Positions 28,301 through 32,000 of a stretch of 32,000 bases of DNA are shown here, piece by piece; position 1 is the first letter of the stretch; each line of letters starts with the position of its first letter. Both the position numbers and the translations under genes were made by a program. The notes beneath the pieces were generated by a model, which worked only from the letters and a program-made list of their open reading frames with translations, was not told where the DNA came from and did no database searches. The DNA is from Peristeroidobacter soli (GTDB lineage Bacteria > Pseudomonadota > Gammaproteobacteria > Steroidobacterales > Steroidobacteraceae). Location of the stretch: positions 163,718 to 195,717 of the forward strand of contig NZ_RYEV01000004.1 of assembly GCF_004138485.1 (NCBI RefSeq), given 5' to 3'.

Positions 28301-28518
28301 GGCAGCGTCGGCAGATGAGCGCTCGCGAGGCTCAGCCGTTTCAAGGTTTTCAGTTGATAAAGCGACTCCGGCAGCGCGAGCAAACGCGAGCCGTCGGCAG
28401 CGGGCTCGAGCACCAGCTCGGTGGCGCCGCCGGCGCGCGCCGCTTCGATCTTGGCGGCAGCCTTGACGTAGGCTGCGTTGAGCGTATACGGGGGCGGCCC
28501 CTTGCCGCGATCTGTCAT
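25396..28518 (-). CDS. ROCO-family protein: leucine-rich repeats + Roc GTPase + COR, Cys cluster and unassigned C-terminal module
   Basis: ~9 LRRs (LPESLYQLKTLKRLSLASAHLPTLPESLRLLSQLEYLNL...), Roc P-loop ILVGEGEVGKTCLL, G3 WDFGGQRVYRPTHQLFF, G4-region VVGTHGG, COR (LSVETVRKICRGFAMSDEEIALFLAISHRLGHLIHY...LVILKPDWLATAISFVLD). MTDRGKG start at 28518; track start 28599. Confidence 0.9.
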   Translation of the reverse strand: MTDRGKGPPPYTLNAAYVKAAAKIEAARAGGATELVLEPAADGSRLLALPESLYQLKTLKRLSLASAHLPTLPESLRLLSQLEYLNLTSCGIERMGDALRGMASLRALLISNNRLQSLPGYCSEWRSLRELFAHNNALTELPAELTRCRALEVLILHRNKLRSLPDAIGALRNLRELRLSENELMNLPDSIGNTGLQSLWVDRNHLVTLPPSLAECNLSYLESGKNPLSYELRAAIELGFPSLKTYLKAQKLEHAPLFEAKLILVGEGEVGKTCLLDALCERPWKEHSSTHGIQVQPMKISAPGAPGLSLNCWDFGGQRVYRPTHQLFFSAPAIYLVVWKPREGAQQNLVKEWIRLILHRAPAAKIFVVGTHGGPDERQPDIDRQELWDLFGRDTVLDFFHVENKPDSQRHRRGVPELREAIGRAALELPDVRRVAPLKWRGARQRLLHRGAPYLSVETVRKICRGFAMSDEEIALFLAISHRLGHLIHYEHDLALRDLVILKPDWLATAISFVLDDKVTRDSRGLVSFTRLSQLWNDPRRPEAVRYAPDLHPLFLRLMERFDISYKVVLAGEPIDSLSFSQQVKLQAASHVSHAVIDARPLAYTSLIAQLVPDVRPMVDLQQVWPDASLQSGDQQQQQICRIVDGKGTPALAEGLFYQLIVRLHKYSLGRVNFAHSVHWQRGLVVDDSYNGRALLEYVDSNVRITVRAAYPERLLAMLTSEVKYLVESYWTGLECEVMVPCVHPCGRGAAGTGLFRVDPLLASKRGGRSEFPCPTCGMWQQIDHLLRNALPAAPVPADLQGARIVQELRDIRQLLTAHHGALIARVSELTAGQRELLSRADSCYAAIVRSLTDEAVNGPRLISVAPVERSKFHPRQWLSAKFRITLWCEHSRLPTHFLGGDERVGVYEIELDRAWFKTVAPYLKVMNTALRLVLPVAVSGAPLLIEEARYKELEHQLDFSKEVIDATLGAGELLDETAAESERWLQGPGAVVVADGAGLREFHALLRRVDPAANYGGLVRVLSKRQEFRWVHPQFKKEY

Positions 28519-28632
28519 TCTCACGATCGTTCTTCCATCCCCTGTGTGAGCCCCGAAGAGCGCCGGGGCGAATGGCCTCTTCCAGGTAGACCGTCGCATT
28601 CTGAGTCATGAGCCCTGAAGAGAGGTGTCGGA

Positions 28633-29598
28633 TCAGCGCGGCTCCTCCACACCATGGCCCGCGGCACGCAGGCTGGCCACGACACCCTTGCCCCGTGAGA
28701 CCACGTGGATGGGTAACACCACCAGCGTCGTCTCATTGCGATTCAGCGCCCGTTCGAGCGCGCTGAGCAGCTTGTTCTCCGCCTCCAGCTGCAGCTGCCC
28801 CACTTGCTGCTGACTGAGAAAGGGCCAGCTGTACGCCAACGATTGAGCGTACGAAGCATCCGCTTCCACCAACGTCCGCAACACCTCCATGTCGCCCCGG
28901 GCCCAGGCATTCGCGCGAGCGCGCGCCTGTGTCATGTCGATTTCCAAACGATCCATCGTCTCGACCAGATAGTTGACGGCGTTCTGGCGAGACAGCCGCG
29001 AGCTGTTCTTGTCCGGTGTCACCGGCCCCATCTCATATTGCAGCCCGCGAATGGGCACCGCATGCGCGCCCGCGACCTGATAGATCCTGCGCCACACGTC
29101 ATCGCCGTAGCTGAGCCCGATGCGCTCATATGCTCGCGACCGAAGCAGCAGGGCCGCCGCCGTCGGCAATAGTTTCTCCGTCTCGGGATCCTCGCCGATG
29201 TACTCGTCCCGCAACGTTCGCCACCGCGCATACACCTTGCGAGGCAAGACATCTTTGAGTCTGCTGCCTTGAGACTGATAGGGCTGCACCTGCTTCACTC
29301 GCAACGAAGCCGAGTACGGTCCCAGCACTTCGTTCGACGCCGCGATCACTTCTTCCACCTGCTTCGATCGCCACACCATTCCTCGGGGCGTCGGAACATA
29401 TGTTCCGAGAATCCACAATGTGTGCGAGCCCTTCGTCACTTTCCAGAGCCCTGGTCCCGGCTGCTCGCCGAGCACCAGCACTTCTTCCGGCACGCCCACG
29501 GGAGTGCTTTCCTCCGACGCGCATGCATCCCATGCCACTGCAAAAAGCAGCCGGCAGAACCAGGCACAGCCCACGCCGATGTTTCTGATCTTTTCCAT
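28633..29598 (-). CDS. TraB/GumN family protein
   Basis: Signal-like N-terminus, PGLWKVTKGSHTLWILGTYVPTPRGMVWRSKQVEEVIAASNEVLGP, C-terminal TTLVVLPIHVVSRGKGVVASLRAAGHGVE resembling the GumN core ending. Confidence 0.8.
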   Translation of the reverse strand: MEKIRNIGVGCAWFCRLLFAVAWDACASEESTPVGVPEEVLVLGEQPGPGLWKVTKGSHTLWILGTYVPTPRGMVWRSKQVEEVIAASNEVLGPYSASLRVKQVQPYQSQGSRLKDVLPRKVYARWRTLRDEYIGEDPETEKLLPTAAALLLRSRAYERIGLSYGDDVWRRIYQVAGAHAVPIRGLQYEMGPVTPDKNSSRLSRQNAVNYLVETMDRLEIDMTQARARANAWARGDMEVLRTLVEADASYAQSLAYSWPFLSQQQVGQLQLEAENKLLSALERALNRNETTLVVLPIHVVSRGKGVVASLRAAGHGVEEPR

Positions 29599-29643
29599 GA
29601 GACGCAGCTCACACCTCTCGTCACGAGATCATAAACGACTCCT

Positions 29644-29671
29644 TGACCTCTAACTCCACATATGTAGACTT
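29644..29671 (+). promoter_or_regulatory. Candidate sigma70 promoter with internal palindrome upstream of the PadR gene
   Basis: TTGACC -16 nt- TAGACT, with ACATATGT at 29659..29666 abutting the -10. Confidence 0.45.
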
Positions 29672-29677
29672 ATCGCC

Positions 29678-29992
29678 ATGGCACGCACCCGACGCCCCTC
29701 CGGTCAGACGCTCAATCTGTTCCGCAGCCTCATCGAGGAGCCGAAGCAGTGGCGCCATGGATATGAGCTTTCCAAGGCGACGGAGCTCATGTCCGGCACG
29801 CTCTATCCCATCTTGATGCGCCTGTCCGAGCGAGGTTTGCTCGAACACAAGTGGGTACCGCCCGACGATGGCGGCCGCCTGCCCCGCCACGTCTATCGCC
29901 TGACCGCGAAGGGTCTCGCGCACGCCCGGGAACAGATCGAGCTGTGCGCGGCGACGAATGCACCGGCCGGTCGTCCCCTGCGTCACGCATGA
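29678..29992 (+). CDS. PadR-family transcriptional regulator
   Basis: LNLFRSLIEEPKQWRHGYELSKATELMSGTLYPILMRLSERGLLEHKWVPPDDGGRLPRHVYRLTAKGLAHAREQI. Confidence 0.93.
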   Translation: MARTRRPSGQTLNLFRSLIEEPKQWRHGYELSKATELMSGTLYPILMRLSERGLLEHKWVPPDDGGRLPRHVYRLTAKGLAHAREQIELCAATNAPAGRPLRHA

Positions 29993-30639
29993 ACGATCTC
30001 ATCTCACTGTGCCTGCGCCTCACGTCTGCGCTGATGGGCAAGGACGGCAGTGAGTGGTCGCGTGCGATGTACGTCGAATTGAATCACGTGCCCCACGACG
30101 ACCGACTCTCGTGGGCACTGGGCTGTGTGATTGCGGGCATGAAATGGAGGATTGAAACCATGCGCAGCGGGAATCTTCGGGTCTCGCGCGGAGTGCTGTT
30201 CCTGGAATTGCTCCTTTGTTTCCTGCCAATCACGCTGGGCTGGTGGGATGCGGTGTTCGGGGCATCCGGCGTGCTCGGCCTGAACCAAAGCACCCTCCAG
30301 GACTACTTCCTGGCCACGCCACTCGGCCGCGCCATCCTGGGCATGATGATCGGCGGCGCCGTCATCGGCCTGTCGGGACCGATCGGATTGTTTCTAACCT
30401 CACGAGCGGTGATCACGGGTGCCGGCCTGCGCAGTCGCCCGCTCGGCATCGCGATGATTGCCGGCGTCACGCTCTTCATCCTGGCCTCCATCCTGCTGCG
30501 GCTGATCGCCGCGCCCGGCGCCTACGCCGCGAACTTCAGCTTCGTCGTTCTGATCGGCCTGTTGCCCGTGCTCGGCACGGCGCATCTCATGTATCTCTCA
30601 CACACCGAGCCTCGCGCCGGGTTGTCCGTTTCTAGATAA
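29989..30639 (+). CDS. Hypothetical membrane protein translationally coupled to PadR
   Basis: ATGA overlap with the PadR stop; MNDLISLCLRLTSALMGKDGSEWSRAMYVELNHVPHDDRLSWALGCVIAGMKWR followed by several TM helices. Confidence 0.82.
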   Translation: MNDLISLCLRLTSALMGKDGSEWSRAMYVELNHVPHDDRLSWALGCVIAGMKWRIETMRSGNLRVSRGVLFLELLLCFLPITLGWWDAVFGASGVLGLNQSTLQDYFLATPLGRAILGMMIGGAVIGLSGPIGLFLTSRAVITGAGLRSRPLGIAMIAGVTLFILASILLRLIAAPGAYAANFSFVVLIGLLPVLGTAHLMYLSHTEPRAGLSVSR

Positions 30640-30745
30640 TTCCTGTCCCGAACGAACGAGTCACGAGCGCGCGATCTCGACGACTGGACGAGCCGACTCA
30701 CCGCCGTGCATCATCGCGGCGGTTTTCCAACGTCCCGCGTGCGCA

Positions 30746-32000
30746 ATGAATCCACGTCCTTCGCTCTTTTGCCTGCTCGCCCTGCTTTTCTTCGCAGCCA
30801 CCTCCGCGATGAGCGCGGAGCAGCCGCTCGACGTACTCATCGTCAACGCGCGCATCGTCGATGGCGGCGGCAATCCCTGGTATCGCGGTAGCGTAGGCAT
30901 CCGTGACGGGCGCATCGTTGCCGTCGTGCCCGGACCGCTGCAAGCGCCGAGCAAGCGCACGATCGACGCCGCCGACCGGGTGCTGGCGCCGGGCTTCATC
31001 GACCTGATGGGACAGGAAACATTTGTCTACCTGACCGATCCCGACACCGCGCGCTCTCGTCTGTATCAAGGCGTGACGACACACGTGAGCGGCGAAGGCT
31101 CCTCCCATGCGCCACAGAACGAGCGTACCCAGAGCAAGCCCGAGATGCTCGATGGCAAGCCGGTGCGCTGGCGCAGCTACAAGGAATACTTCCAGATCCT
31201 GGAGTCGCACGGCGTGCCCATCAACGTGGCACACAACGTCGGCGCGGGCCAGATTCGCTCGGTGGTCATGGGCGAGGCGGATCGAGCGCCGACGCCGGCC
31301 GAAATGGAACAGATGAAGAAGCTCGTCGCGGAGGCCATGGACGACGGCGCGTTTGGCCTGTCCACCGCGCTCATCTATCCGCCCGGCGCATATGCGACGA
31401 CGCAGGAGATTGCCGAGCTCGCCAAGGTGGCGGCGAGCCGCGGCGGGTTCTACTCGACTCACATGCGCAACGAAAGCGTCGGCCTGCTGCAGGCCATCGA
31501 TGAGAGCATTCAAATTGGAGAGCTGGCCGGACTGCCGGTGCACATCTATCACTTGAAGGCCGCCGGCAAGCGACAGTGGCCGCTGATGACCCAGGCCATC
31601 GACCGCATCGATGCGGCACGCGCTCGCGGACTGGATGTGACGTCCGATATCTATCCTTACATCCGCAACGGCATCGGTCTCGAGTCGTTCCTGCCGCCGA
31701 CGCTCTATGCCAATGGCTTCGAGGCGGCGAAGAAACAGGTTGCCAAGGCAGCCAAGCGGCGCGAGCTGCGCACGGAGCTGGAGAATCCGAACACGACGTG
31801 GGAGAACTGGTATCAGCACGTGGGTGCCGACTGGAGCAAGGTGCTGGTCACCGATGCAGGCAAGTACCCGCGCGAGGCCGCGGGCCTGTCAGTGGCGGAC
31901 ATTGCCAAGAAGGAAGGCCGCGACGTCTGGGAGACCTTCTTCGATCTGTCGATGGCGCAAGTGACCGTGGCCCCGGAGAGCATGGATGAGGAACAAAAGC
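30746..32000 (+). CDS. N-acyl-D-amino-acid deacylase / D-aminoacylase-like amidohydrolase, truncated by window edge
   Basis: Signal peptide MNPRPSLFCLLALLFFAATSAMSAEQPLDVLIVNARIVDGGGNPWYRGSVGIRDGRIVAV..., APGFID, GAFGLSTALIYPPGAYATTQEIAELAKVAASRGGFYSTHMRNES, LPVHIYHLKAAG. Absent from the track because partial. Confidence 0.88.
   Translation, partial: MNPRPSLFCLLALLFFAATSAMSAEQPLDVLIVNARIVDGGGNPWYRGSVGIRDGRIVAVVPGPLQAPSKRTIDAADRVLAPGFIDLMGQETFVYLTDPDTARSRLYQGVTTHVSGEGSSHAPQNERTQSKPEMLDGKPVRWRSYKEYFQILESHGVPINVAHNVGAGQIRSVVMGEADRAPTPAEMEQMKKLVAEAMDDGAFGLSTALIYPPGAYATTQEIAELAKVAASRGGFYSTHMRNESVGLLQAIDESIQIGELAGLPVHIYHLKAAGKRQWPLMTQAIDRIDAARARGLDVTSDIYPYIRNGIGLESFLPPTLYANGFEAAKKQVAKAAKRRELRTELENPNTTWENWYQHVGADWSKVLVTDAGKYPREAAGLSVADIAKKEGRDVWETFFDLSMAQVTVAPESMDEEQK

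Overview
High-GC proteobacterial (probably gammaproteobacterial) chromosomal window. Core part: a D-amino-acid/peptide utilisation cluster (DgcN-like DUF1611 protein, TonB-dependent receptor, DgcA-like enolase-superfamily epimerase, membrane serine hydrolase, divergent XRE-cupin regulator); a YeiH-family transporter; recR / ybaB / dnaX with a 4.5S SRP RNA upstream; queF, phoH-like, Bcp-type peroxiredoxin, gcvR-like and dapA; and a FecI-FecR-TonB receptor trio. Accessory part: tRNA-Ser(GGA) at 19945..20036 is followed by a ~5.3 kb genomic island bounded by an exact 62-bp direct repeat of the tRNA 3' end (19975..20036 and 25305..25366). The island carries a decayed tyrosine integrase, three uncharacterised genes and an AbiEi/AbiEii type IV toxin-antitoxin pair. 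Directly upstream of the antitoxin are two same-arm inverted repeats (TCGTAG-N5-CTACGA, the first a perfect 23-bp element), a strong operator candidate. Right beside the island lies a large LRR-Roc-COR (ROCO) GTPase with a Cys cluster and an unassigned C-terminal module, next to a TraB/GumN-like protein. This is the best candidate for an under-described system. After it come a PadR regulator with a coupled membrane protein and a truncated N-acyl-D-amino-acid amidohydrolase. A second non-obvious signal is a pair of near-identical palindromes (CCTACGG-N3-GCCGTAG) upstream of the SRP RNA/dnaX unit. All family assignments are from reading the sequence; no database search was run.
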